Virus record (IMG/VR): IMGVR_UViG_3300020154_000003
Location: 186,001-250,000 of that record
Direction: 5' to 3' (one strand)
Length of the DNA: 64,000 bases
Positions 21,727 through 30,736 of this stretch are shown piece after piece (positions within the stretch are counted from its first letter, which is position 1; each line of letters starts with the position of its first letter). The notes under the pieces are model-generated. The model had not been told where the DNA came from, did no database searches, and was given only the letters and a program-made list of their open reading frames with translations. A program made the position numbers and the translations under genes.

Positions 21727-22252
21727 ATAAATTAAGGTCAAAAAGCAAGTAAACATCAAAATTTCCTCATATTAATGCCCAACACAATGAATAAGATAGA
21801 AAAATTTTTAGGAGAGAAGTTAGAGAAATTCATCCTATCCTTATTTGGGTCATCGAAAAATCGAGTACAATCCAAATATATCCCTGAATTAGGGGATAGA
21901 GTTCGTTTTGTTGGTACTCATTATAAGTATGGAGAATCTGCATATTACGGCTTTGAAGGGGTTGTAGATCAGGTAGGTGATGACTATATTTCCATCAATT
22001 CAGGTACTGGCATACTGGTTTGCAGCTTTCTAAAGAGCAGACACACTCGCTTCCAACGTGTTGAGGATCAGGTTCGTGGTTAGTTTTCCCCAAAGTGTTG
22101 ATTGAATTCCACTTTAAATAGTATAAACCTGTCAAAAAAGCGTGATTTTACCATAAAATAGGAACTTTTCAAGATTGGCACGAGTTTGAATAATAGTAAC
22201 GTAAAACAAGGACTTAAAACCAAACTTTTACAAAACCTTTAAAGCCCAATTT

Positions 22253-22789
22253 ATGAAAACTAACGCAAATCCGAAAAACGTAATCAAAGCCGTTGAAACA
22301 GTTTCAAAGAACATCTATGGTGGAAACGTAATCTTCAGGCGGTATCCTGAGAAATTGACCAAGAACGTGATTCGCTTCACCTTGAAGACAAAGGATGCCA
22401 ATAAACCCGGATCGATGGTCACCAAAGAAGGGTTGAAGCAACCCAAGGCCAACTGGCAGGTGCATGAGGACGTGATGAAGGAGTTATTCAAACTCGAACC
22501 CAAGCCAAACATCTACGTGGACACCACATATGGTCGCCAGTACAACGAAAACTTCTCCACGACCGAAGTTTCTGAGGCAGTTCGCGAAGAAAATACTGAA
22601 GAAACTGAGGCTGCGGAAGAATCTTCCCAAAAATCCGAAACTCTTACACGTAAAGAGAAAACCCCCCGAAACGCTCGTAAAGTTGCGAAGGTAACTAAGA
22701 AGCAGCAAAAAATGGAGTTTTCCAAGTTCGTTAAAGCCCTGAAATATGTCTTCGATCACAAAGAACTTCTTGACGAAGTGGAGGCATAG
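22253..22789 (+). CDS. Hypothetical protein with an acidic then basic low-complexity tail
   Basis: E/T/S-rich linker followed by a K/R-rich segment. Confidence 0.65.
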   Translation: MKTNANPKNVIKAVETVSKNIYGGNVIFRRYPEKLTKNVIRFTLKTKDANKPGSMVTKEGLKQPKANWQVHEDVMKELFKLEPKPNIYVDTTYGRQYNENFSTTEVSEAVREENTEETEAAEESSQKSETLTRKEKTPRNARKVAKVTKKQQKMEFSKFVKALKYVFDHKELLDEVEA

Positions 22790-22816
22790 CAACTATAAAA
22801 GCATTTTCTGCAATCT

Positions 22817-22849
22817 AACCCTTGATATTACCTATCAAGGGTTTTTTTT
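22817..22849 (+). terminator. Rho-independent terminator
   Basis: AACCCTTGATA/TATCAAGGGTT + T run. Confidence 0.85.
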
Positions 22850-23270
22850 GGTCTATATCGATTAACCCTTTACATTTGTTAATGTCAAACAGCAGCAGTA
22901 TATTTACCACTGTATTTACCACTTAATAACCTATATTTTTTATGACAAAAACTAGTAACAGCAAAGGGGCTTCGGGCAACTGCAATGAACAAGAATTCGA
23001 TTTACTCTGCAATTATGGAGTGGTCGTGGCATCCAGATCAATTGTAGTTGAAAATGACGAGAGGGACAAGTATAGATACTCCCTATACAAAGTTCTCGAA
23101 CCATTCCCAACATTCGATGAGTATGTTAGGGGTGAAGAGTTTGACGAAGGTGAATTGATTGTGAATTGTAGGACGATGGATGAAATTCTTTTCGCTCAAA
23201 ACAAATATAAAATACAAGTAAACTCTCCCATATTGGTATAGGTGAAAGAAACAAGTTCACAAATCAAAAC

Positions 23271-23302
23271 ACCTCTTATCTAGCCCAATAAGAGGTTTTT
23301 TT
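23271..23302 (+). terminator. Rho-independent terminator
   Basis: ACCTCTTAT/ATAAGAGGT + T run. Confidence 0.8.
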
Positions 23303-23317
23303 ATGCGCTGTTATTAA

Positions 23318-23346
23318 AACAATTTTGAAAAGTATACGTATATTTG
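23318..23346 (+). promoter_or_regulatory. Phage promoter AAC-N16-CGTATA overlapping a TATATTTG -7 element
   Basis: Directly upstream of the ~440-nt structured RNA. Confidence 0.75.
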
Positions 23347-23349
23347 TGC

Positions 23350-23797
23350 ATAGGCTGCTAAAACAGCATAGATAGAATCCCGGAGGGATTGCTGGACGGT
23401 TGATCGGTTAGTTTAGATAGGATTTTAAAACATGCCTCCCGAATGAGGCAGAAGCGGGTGACAACCCCGCACGATCAGAGTAAAACATATGTTCTAATAG
23501 AAGGATGCCTGACTTTCATCAGGAGGTATCGGGTGAACCAATTCCCGGTTATGTTGAAATAAAGACCGATAGTACGAATCCGGGTGCAAAGTCCTGATAA
23601 ACGGCATAGCGAGTGTTGTAAACAGGCAGGCGGGAATCTCGCTTACATACCCGTTGGGATGGCTCCCGTTGACAAGCTGCAGGCATGTTAGTGAGTCAAT
23701 GACACAAAATGGGTTAGAGGTGACAGTTGATGGAACCTTAAAGTTGGTGGGAGTCCAACATTAAAGCCATCGGGGAGTAATCTTCGGTGGCTTTTTT
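23350..23797 (+). ncRNA. Candidate ~440-nt highly structured ncRNA
   Basis: No ORF of 60 aa or more, raised GC, many hairpins (AATCCC/GGGATT, TGCCTC/GAGGCA, GCGGG/CCCGC, CCTGA/TCAGG, GTTGG/CCAAC), own promoter and terminator. Confidence 0.7.
23763..23797 (+). terminator. Rho-independent terminator
   Basis: AAAGCCATCGGGGA-GTAA-TCTTCGGTGGCTTT + T run. Confidence 0.8.
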
Positions 23798-23832
23798 AAA
23801 TACAAATTTCCACACTTAACCTATTTATAGTC

Positions 23833-23925
23833 ATGAAAAGATTTATCTGGACTCTTATTGTCATTGTGATGGTACTGGCTACAGTTGCTGCTTGCAGCCC
23901 GCACACTTGCCCTACATATCATTAA
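23833..23925 (+). CDS. 30-aa micro-lipoprotein, not in the ORF track
   Basis: MKRFIWTLIVIVMVLATVAA|CSPHTCPTYH*; lipobox VAAC; preceded by TATTTATA. Confidence 0.65.
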   Translation: MKRFIWTLIVIVMVLATVAACSPHTCPTYH

Positions 23926-24078
23926 TTAGCTGATTGCCCACGGTGGTAAAACAGTTACGAACCCGTTCAACTCAGTTGTAGCGGGTTTTGCCATTTTATA
24001 ACATCCTTAATTTACTGTTAACTATTTTTTACAAAATCAGCGATCCTGATAAATATACCTAACGTTATTGCCAACTAA

Positions 24079-24103
24079 AACAATTTCCTTAACTTTGCGT
24101 ATA
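24079..24103 (+). promoter_or_regulatory. Phage promoter AAC-N16-CGTATA
   Basis: Upstream of membrane ORF 24135. Confidence 0.75.
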
Positions 24104-24444
24104 AGTTAACAAGTTCACGAAACAAAAAAATAAAATGGGTTTCCTCTTAATTTTAGGTATTTTCATCCTCATGATCCTCTGGAATGCATTTTCATGGGGA
24201 GTCGTATTCTTCAATTTTTACAATTGGTTCATCTTCCCTGTATTTGGTTTCGGTATGATGCCAGAAATTGTGTTGAGTCAAGCTATCGGTATTATGTTGG
24301 TAATTGGTCTTTTCAAAAATCATGATGTCGGTACATTAAAGGAAGAGTTCTATGCGAATGATTTCATTAGCAGAATGCTTCTAGGACTTGCCTCACCTTG
24401 GCTAACGTTGTGTATAGGATGGCTCGTAAAAAATACTTTGCTTT

Positions 24445-24588
24445 GAGTGAAGTGGGTGTGTGAAGACGGTGAGTTTTCACGCCCCTTAAAAGTGAGGTGA
24501 GCGAGTTGAGGAAAGGTGATTCGCTATATGCGAAGGGTTGCGATACTACCTTAGAACCAAGTAACACAGTGCTCCCTCAGCTTCATTC
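24445..24588 (+). ncRNA. Candidate ~145-nt structured intergenic RNA
   Basis: Closing stem GAGTGAAGT/GCTTCATTC enclosing GTGTGAAGAC/GTTTTCACGC and GCGAGTT/GATTCGC hairpins. Confidence 0.5.
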
Positions 24589-25213
24589 AACTACAAAAAA
24601 ATATCAACCATGAAAAAATACGTAGTAGTAAGTCTCGATCAAAACCCATACGATTATTCGTTCAATACGCCAGTACTGGCTTTGATCGAACTCGATGAGA
24701 AAGGTGAACGTATTAATGATGGAGATTTCCCAATACTCTATGGAGAGCAGGCCAGTAAACTTGTTGCTGGCAATGTCGTAGATGAAAGTCGCATCAAATT
24801 AGAATGGACATCAAAAAAATCTAAACACCTTTGTGTCAACGATAAGGTTGTCTTTGGTAAACATAAACATTGTGTTGGAACTGTATCAAAGATTGTGGAG
24901 CAAGATGAAGACCTTGACGCATTCTGGACAGACGAATTTCATCTTACAGACTGTCACATTCCTGCACACGAAATTTTTGTGAACGAAGCAATAGAAAAAG
25001 AAAAAATAATTAAAAGGAAGGATTTAGAGTGTCGCCCTTGGTTGGTAGCCACCATATCTTGTCCTTGTTGCGGAAGATTTTAAGTAAACATATTTTTAAC
25101 TTTTAAACCCCCTTTAAAATGCCACGTAGTTCAAAATTAGGTCTGCAAACAGTAGGTATCATGATGGTTGTTTTTGCTGCAATTGCAGGTTTCATTCATT
25201 TGTTCATGTTATA

Positions 25214-25780
25214 ATGATATTGGAATATAAAGCGCAGAAGCATCAAGGTATTAATCCGGGTGGTGATTGTGGGCCTTGCTGTCTTGCGGGAATTACTGGC
25301 CTACCAGTACGAGAAATTTACGACAAATACCTCAGACGTATCGATGGCACTTCATATGATTGCATCATTGAAGCTTTATGGAAGCTAAGATTCGCAGGTA
25401 TCGTTCAATACCACCATACCGAATTACCAATAAGACGTAAACGGGACGATCATCAATACCAGACTTTTGGCAATCCTTCATGGGAAGGGTTTCGAGATTG
25501 GGCCGAGCATGTTGATGGGCTTATCCGTCAAGGTTATGTGGGTATTGCTGAGGTACATCAGGACGGTAATGCAATGGGTGATCGCAAGCACCAATGGCAC
25601 ACCAATCATTGGGTCTTAATTAAGGGAATTGATTATGACAAGCAAGCTGGTGGTAAGGAACTGATCGTTCATATATCTTGTCCAACCTACGGTGAATACT
25701 CGAAGCCAGTAATGGAGTTCCTTATGAACTATGGAGGGTATAATGCTATTTGGGTCTACATGCCAAAGAAAGATAAATAA
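25214..25780 (+). CDS. Peptidase C39-like (papain-fold) protein
   Basis: Q...GDCGPCCLA and HWVLIKG motifs. Confidence 0.65.
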   Translation: MILEYKAQKHQGINPGGDCGPCCLAGITGLPVREIYDKYLRRIDGTSYDCIIEALWKLRFAGIVQYHHTELPIRRKRDDHQYQTFGNPSWEGFRDWAEHVDGLIRQGYVGIAEVHQDGNAMGDRKHQWHTNHWVLIKGIDYDKQAGGKELIVHISCPTYGEYSKPVMEFLMNYGGYNAIWVYMPKKDK

Positions 25781-25794
25781 TTCATCTTTTACGC

Positions 25795-25820
25795 AACCTT
25801 ATTGACCCATATTGCGTATA
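25795..25820 (+). promoter_or_regulatory. Phage promoter AAC-N17-CGTATA
   Basis: 17-nt spacer variant upstream of ORF 25845. Confidence 0.6.
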
Positions 25821-26702
25821 ATAACATAGTTAAACAATACAACTATGATTAACGAAATGGAAGCAGTACAGAATTCAATATACGGATGGCCAATCATCAT
25901 AATGGTGCTCATCGCATTCGTACTTAATTTCATCATCGCCCGGAAACTCACGATAGTTCTGATCAATCAGGGCTTTCTGAATCATAAGAGCACAAACCCG
26001 AAGGACATCGATACGTTTGAGAAGTGCGTTCTTGCTTGGTTTATACCCATAGTTGGTCTTGCTTCAATTTTCATGCTTTTGTTAACCCATTGTGTTATCC
26101 GCACTTTCAAGAGCACTCGTAAGAGACTATTCCTTAAACACGTCTAAGCATGGACACACCCGAAAAAGCCTTTAAACTCAAATCTATCTTGGACTTAGGT
26201 AGCATGACCAAGGAAGAATTAATAACCTACATTGACAGCCTTCACAACACCGTCCTGAATTATCAGTTGGTTATTGATCAGGTGGTCGCAAAAAATGTGA
26301 ATGTGAAAAGATGAGTGCAGACCAATTAACAATGTTCAGTATGGTGGCCATCATGGTCATGCTGTACATCTGCGAGAAGTTCTACGAAATCAAGCTAGAC
26401 CCTGAATTTCCTCCCGCATTGATAAAGATCAAGAATACGATCTTGAATTTTATCATAATTTTCATCACCTTTGTTCTTATATCCAAAGCACTATGAAACG
26501 GAAACTCGATAAAAGCGAAAGAACAGCCATATTGATTGCTGTTCTTTCTGCATTAGTATTGATCTCCATCATGGTGTTTACATAAATAGTACTGGCAGCG
26601 TCCACGATCTCACCAGACGCATTTTAAGCCGTTTCGCACACCAGTACTAGCAGAACAATGTTCCCTCGCATATCATCGAATTAGCACATTGTAATGCATT
26701 GT

Positions 26703-26872
26703 GGATGATGACAGGACTCGAACCTGCATCGGAAGTCGATTGCCTCTATCCCGAACCTAAGTGTTTTTATTACCTTACTAAATTAAGGGAGCATTGAATG
26801 CGATCAGCTTAATCGAGAAGGATTGTGGTGTCAGTCCACGGGTAGCGGATAACCCATTTCGCCACATCATCC
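26703..26872 (-). ncRNA. 170-nt tRNA-like RNA with the anticodon loop replaced by a four-hairpin domain
   Basis: GGATGATG/CATCATCC acceptor, D arm GCG-AAATGGGTTATC-CGC, CCCG/CGGG stem enclosing ~85 nt, variable arm GAGG/CTTC, T arm GCAGG-TTCGAGT-CCTGT. Confidence 0.75.
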
Positions 26873-26881
26873 ATGACAATT

Positions 26882-27421
26882 TTATAGAACAGTTTTGTCC
26901 AAGTAATACATGAAGATTTTTGAGACTGGATTTGATGTCTCGTATTTATTTTCTCTTAAAACTTTAACCGCCTTATCCGATGGTCTGAAATCGTAGAAGT
27001 CCTTCGATCTATCTTTACCTTCAAATATAAACTCCTTATAGAAATCGCTGAAACTTTTAATCTCTGTTTCTTTGATCACTTTAACCTGAGGTTTGGATGT
27101 CTTTTCCTCTTCATCTTCGTCATCAGTCTTTTTAACTGCAACTGCCTTGTTAGTCTTAATTAAGAAATCATCTTCCCACGATTCGAATAATGTGGATTCA
27201 GCGACAACTTCAAGAGTAACCTTTCCAGAATTCTTAGGACAATTTTTCAGTGCTGGCACCTTAACCTTGCATTTACCAGAATCGCTCACAGTGCCTTTAA
27301 ACAAATAGCAAATACCATCGAAGTCTAATATCAACCTAACAAAAGTATCGTCCATAGAGGCTCCTTCGACCTCTACGTTACATTTAAATACCTTTTCCTT
27401 ATCTGTGTAAAAAACTTCCAT
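26882..27421 (-). CDS. Hypothetical protein, possibly virion-associated
   Basis: Beta-rich N-terminus, preceded by the late-type motif GTATTTATG; last gene of the structural cassette. Confidence 0.5.
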   Translation of the reverse strand: MEVFYTDKEKVFKCNVEVEGASMDDTFVRLILDFDGICYLFKGTVSDSGKCKVKVPALKNCPKNSGKVTLEVVAESTLFESWEDDFLIKTNKAVAVKKTDDEDEEEKTSKPQVKVIKETEIKSFSDFYKEFIFEGKDRSKDFYDFRPSDKAVKVLRENKYETSNPVSKIFMYYLDKTVL

Positions 27422-27444
27422 ACTGCTATTGTCATAAATACTAT

Positions 27445-27816
27445 TTATTTGGCCAATTTTATATTGATACGTGGTTTATTCTTTGTTTCAATAATTTCCA
27501 CCTCAATATTGTCAATTGACACGTTTATGTCTTTAAACTTCTTCGACTTCTTAAGAACAACGCCATCTTTCTCGCACGTCACAGTAACAATCTTTACTTT
27601 TTTCTGTTCAGGTTGCCTGTAAATCTTGTTTGTTGATACTCCACCACCAACGCCAATGCCAGCATAATAATCAGGTACTGGTTTAGGTTGAACATTTGGT
27701 GCTGGACTATCATTAATGACAATCTCAACCTGCCATCCATTGAGAACCATGTTCAACGGTTTCGATCCAGCATAGATACCTTGCAACGCTATACTCAAAG
27801 GATCGATCTTAATCAT
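27445..27816 (-). CDS. Hypothetical protein in the structural cassette
   Basis: IDPLSIALQG N-terminus and Gly-rich linker. Confidence 0.5.
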   Translation of the reverse strand: MIKIDPLSIALQGIYAGSKPLNMVLNGWQVEIVINDSPAPNVQPKPVPDYYAGIGVGGGVSTNKIYRQPEQKKVKIVTVTCEKDGVVLKKSKKFKDINVSIDNIEVEIIETKNKPRINIKLAK

Positions 27817-27818
27817 AA

Positions 27819-28361
27819 TTAATTTCTTTGTATGGTGACTTCATCACCATTCTTTATGATACTTTGATCGATGTCAGTATCCACATATCTCTTAAGTGGA
27901 TTAACCACCAAAGGTTTAGCTGGATTCAAACCATGAATCTTATGTAATTCATTTAATTGTATGGACTGCTCATTACTTAAACCACTACCAGCTTGTATTA
28001 ACTGTGTAAGTGAAGAGAAACCTTGACGAATTGCAACGGTATAATTACCAACAGTACCCAAGAATAATTCTATTGATGTATTCTCTGCAAATAAATTACC
28101 GTTGATGGTTAGCGTATGATTTTTTTCTTCAGGTTTTATTCTCCAGCCAGCAACATTGTTTAAGAAATAAAAGTCACCAGCAAAGCTACCACCACCCAAA
28201 GGGTCACCACCAAAGGTTCTGAAAGCAGGCTCCCATTGAGGATTTGTAAGTATCCATTCTTTCCATCTCGAATAAATTTCTTTTGCAGTAATAGTTACAT
28301 CAAATCCTTCATCTGAAATCGTTATTGTCTTTTCTCCACCATTTATCGTAACTGTCGCCAT
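27819..28361 (-). CDS. Putative virion structural protein
   Basis: TAKEIYSRWKEW...FL.N..GW domain resembling the N-terminus of 30737..32383. Confidence 0.55.
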   Translation of the reverse strand: MATVTINGGEKTITISDEGFDVTITAKEIYSRWKEWILTNPQWEPAFRTFGGDPLGGGSFAGDFYFLNNVAGWRIKPEEKNHTLTINGNLFAENTSIELFLGTVGNYTVAIRQGFSSLTQLIQAGSGLSNEQSIQLNELHKIHGLNPAKPLVVNPLKRYVDTDIDQSIIKNGDEVTIQRN

Positions 28362-28364
28362 ATC

Positions 28365-29876
28365 TTATGGATTTAAATATTGTCTATCAATAATTTGTTG
28401 TATCGGTAATGTTGCATCATTCGTAGTTGAATATGCTTTTATTCTTTGTATCTGATATGCGAGTGCTAAAATACTAATATCAACTGACACTCCTGCACCA
28501 GTTGAGAATACGAATGTTCCAGTCGTTACGTTCTCTTGTCCTGCAATTTCAGTTGTAGTTCCAGAGTTATATACTCTAACCTCACTAGGATTCACCAAAC
28601 CTGTTAATGTTATTTGAACGTTCGCATTGACTGTAGTTGAAGCACCAGCACCATTTCTTACTGACGGAGTGCTACCACCATTGGTAATATTAAGTGTGAC
28701 TGCACCACCAGAATTGTTGTATATTGCCTCATTACCAGTACTTCCATTAGAACCAGCATAACCAACAAATACGTTGCCTGAAAAAGTGTATGTGCCCGGA
28801 GTTGTGATTTGTATTGCATGACCAGTACCGGGACTAGTAAAGGTGGTACTCGTAATCAAGTTAGGAGCATTTGATAATAACGCAGCCGTTCCTGTTTGAC
28901 CTGCCACAGTACATTCAGTAATTGTTGCACCAGCCTGTGTGATTAAACCAGTAGAAGAAATATTACAGGATGTTAATGTTACTGCTGACGTTAACGTGAT
29001 AGCGCGAAGATTAGATAGTGTCATTGAGACTGCATCGAAATCACCCGCAGTGCCTGTAACTATGATGTCGCCTTTAATAGTGTTATTGGCTGAACGAATC
29101 ACACCAGATGCCCAATCTATATTTGTACTTGCGTTTTGAAGATCAATTGTTATTCCCATGAATGTCGTTGAAACAAGTGGCTGATCTGCGAATACTAATA
29201 CGAAGTTACTTTGATTGAAAATTAATGACGATGCTGACCCTAACGTAAGTCTGGCATAGCAATAATAGATTGCGGAGTTAACAATCAATACACCATATTT
29301 ATTTGCAGCAAGATTATCTGCAGTTGTAAAATCAGACCAAGCACCTGCTGTACCTGTCAATAATAACCCACCAGTGGTATAGTCTATTGCATCAAGGATC
29401 ATGTTGGCAACGTTACCACCAACTGTTGGAATTGTTAGCACAGGGCCAACATATCTAACAGCAGCTTCATCCAGTCCAGTACCACCAACTTCTTCTGGAG
29501 TTCTTGAAATATCTATCCATACTCTCATCCAACCACCAGTTGCGGGAATTGACGATAATGGTACTAGGTGTTGATCATAATTGGTTACAGCACTATTACT
29601 TGCAATCCTTATTTTCATGGCAGTTACCACAGAATAGTGAGTAACCCATACCCATGCTGCAATGTGAACATTATCTGCTGAAAGGTTGTTTGATGTGGCA
29701 TCATCTATTAAGTATCCACCATCCGTAACGTTGGAGGTACGTCTACCTAATGATTGAGCACCTTGAATGAAAATATCAGTATTGGCTGCAGCCCCCGGCC
29801 CACCACCTATAGAAACGGTGACTAGCGTTCCTTCAAGATCGTGTATTCGAGTAAGTTGAGATGTAACTGTAGCCAT
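28365..29876 (-). CDS. Putative virion structural or tail-associated protein with a beta-helix-like region
   Basis: T/G/S/N-rich, 503 aa, ends DRQYLNP. Confidence 0.6.
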   Translation of the reverse strand: MATVTSQLTRIHDLEGTLVTVSIGGGPGAAANTDIFIQGAQSLGRRTSNVTDGGYLIDDATSNNLSADNVHIAAWVWVTHYSVVTAMKIRIASNSAVTNYDQHLVPLSSIPATGGWMRVWIDISRTPEEVGGTGLDEAAVRYVGPVLTIPTVGGNVANMILDAIDYTTGGLLLTGTAGAWSDFTTADNLAANKYGVLIVNSAIYYCYARLTLGSASSLIFNQSNFVLVFADQPLVSTTFMGITIDLQNASTNIDWASGVIRSANNTIKGDIIVTGTAGDFDAVSMTLSNLRAITLTSAVTLTSCNISSTGLITQAGATITECTVAGQTGTAALLSNAPNLITSTTFTSPGTGHAIQITTPGTYTFSGNVFVGYAGSNGSTGNEAIYNNSGGAVTLNITNGGSTPSVRNGAGASTTVNANVQITLTGLVNPSEVRVYNSGTTTEIAGQENVTTGTFVFSTGAGVSVDISILALAYQIQRIKAYSTTNDATLPIQQIIDRQYLNP

Positions 29877-29926
29877 AACTGATTAGTATTCATGTTTACT
29901 GAAGGGTCTTTAAACATTTTTTATCA

Positions 29927-29967
29927 AAAAAATGGAGTATCTATACCAACTGTATAGATACACCATT
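29927..29967 (-). terminator. Terminator-like hairpin
   Basis: AATGG.GTATCTATAC/GTATAGATAC.CCATT followed by a T run on the minus strand. Confidence 0.6.
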
Positions 29968-29989
29968 CAAATTTTACACAATTAAATTT

Positions 29990-30487
29990 TTATTCAAATG
30001 TTTCACCAAAAATACTTACATTGACTGACTGAAATGAGCCAGCTTCTCCATAACCATTTTCTTGGCATACAAGTTTAACACGAAAATTTGAACCTAATTT
30101 TCCTTGTTGACGTGAAATTTTTGCAATGGTGTTACCTGCAACATACATATCATCATCGATACCAGCATTATCAGTACTAATATCAGGTTGTAATAAAATA
30201 ATTCTAGTATCTCCATTACCCGGAGTATTGAAATTATTAAATTGATATGCAATAGGGAACCACTTAGTTCCTATTTGAGATTCAACTACTATAGTAATTC
30301 CGAAAGTGTTTGCCACATTGCTACTTCTACTATCAGGTACGATATTCGCATACTCGGTAATTAGTCTCAATGATGGTATTGAGTTACTGTTGTTGATGAT
30401 ATTACTAGTCCAGATGTTAAAAACACCGTTACCAGTAATTGCTTCATTTGTCACTAATAAATTGTCTGCTAGACTGATTTGTGCCAT
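29990..30487 (-). CDS. Putative structural beta-sandwich protein
   Basis: N/S/I-rich beta pattern within the structural cassette. Confidence 0.45.
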   Translation of the reverse strand: MAQISLADNLLVTNEAITGNGVFNIWTSNIINNSNSIPSLRLITEYANIVPDSRSSNVANTFGITIVVESQIGTKWFPIAYQFNNFNTPGNGDTRIILLQPDISTDNAGIDDDMYVAGNTIAKISRQQGKLGSNFRVKLVCQENGYGEAGSFQSVNVSIFGETFE

Positions 30488-30534
30488 GTTTTGTTTCCCT
30501 TGTTTGTTTTTGTTGTTTAAGTTATTTGTTTATT

Positions 30535-30732
30535 TTAGTTGTTTAATTCCCATGCTTCATCAATTCTTAATTCTTCGGGTAGTTCTGTTTGACCGCCATT
30601 ATCAGGATTGTATAAAGACCATTGATTACAGTTGATACATTTGTTGACACAACTATTCTCATATGGATGTGAAATACCATAAAAAGTATCATTCAATTCA
30701 GTGCAACCGCTATATGGACAATATCCCTTCAT
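30535..30732 (-). CDS. Small Cys-rich (Zn-ribbon-like) protein
   Basis: CPYSGC...CINC. Confidence 0.45.
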   Translation of the reverse strand: MKGYCPYSGCTELNDTFYGISHPYENSCVNKCINCNQWSLYNPDNGGQTELPEELRIDEAWELNN

Positions 30733-30736
30733 TTAA

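Noticed and set aside
22175-22190. Sigma54 promoter TTGGCACGAGTTTGAA
   Set aside because: The -24/-12 spacing is one base short and the -12 GC is missing; single occurrence
23350-23797. RNase P RNA (GCAAAGTCC resembles GGAAAGTCC)
   Set aside because: The motif is mid-molecule rather than near the 5' end, and no matching 3' P4 strand was found
26596-26640. Hammerhead ribozyme (minus strand has CGAAAC and CTGGTGAG)
   Set aside because: There is no stem I between GTC and the CUGA-like core, and the core deviates from CUGAUGA
14526-26872. tmRNA or group I intron explanations for the two long tRNA-like genes
   Set aside because: Intact D stems, no G3-U70 alanine identity, no tag ORF, and inserts too short with no group I core motifs
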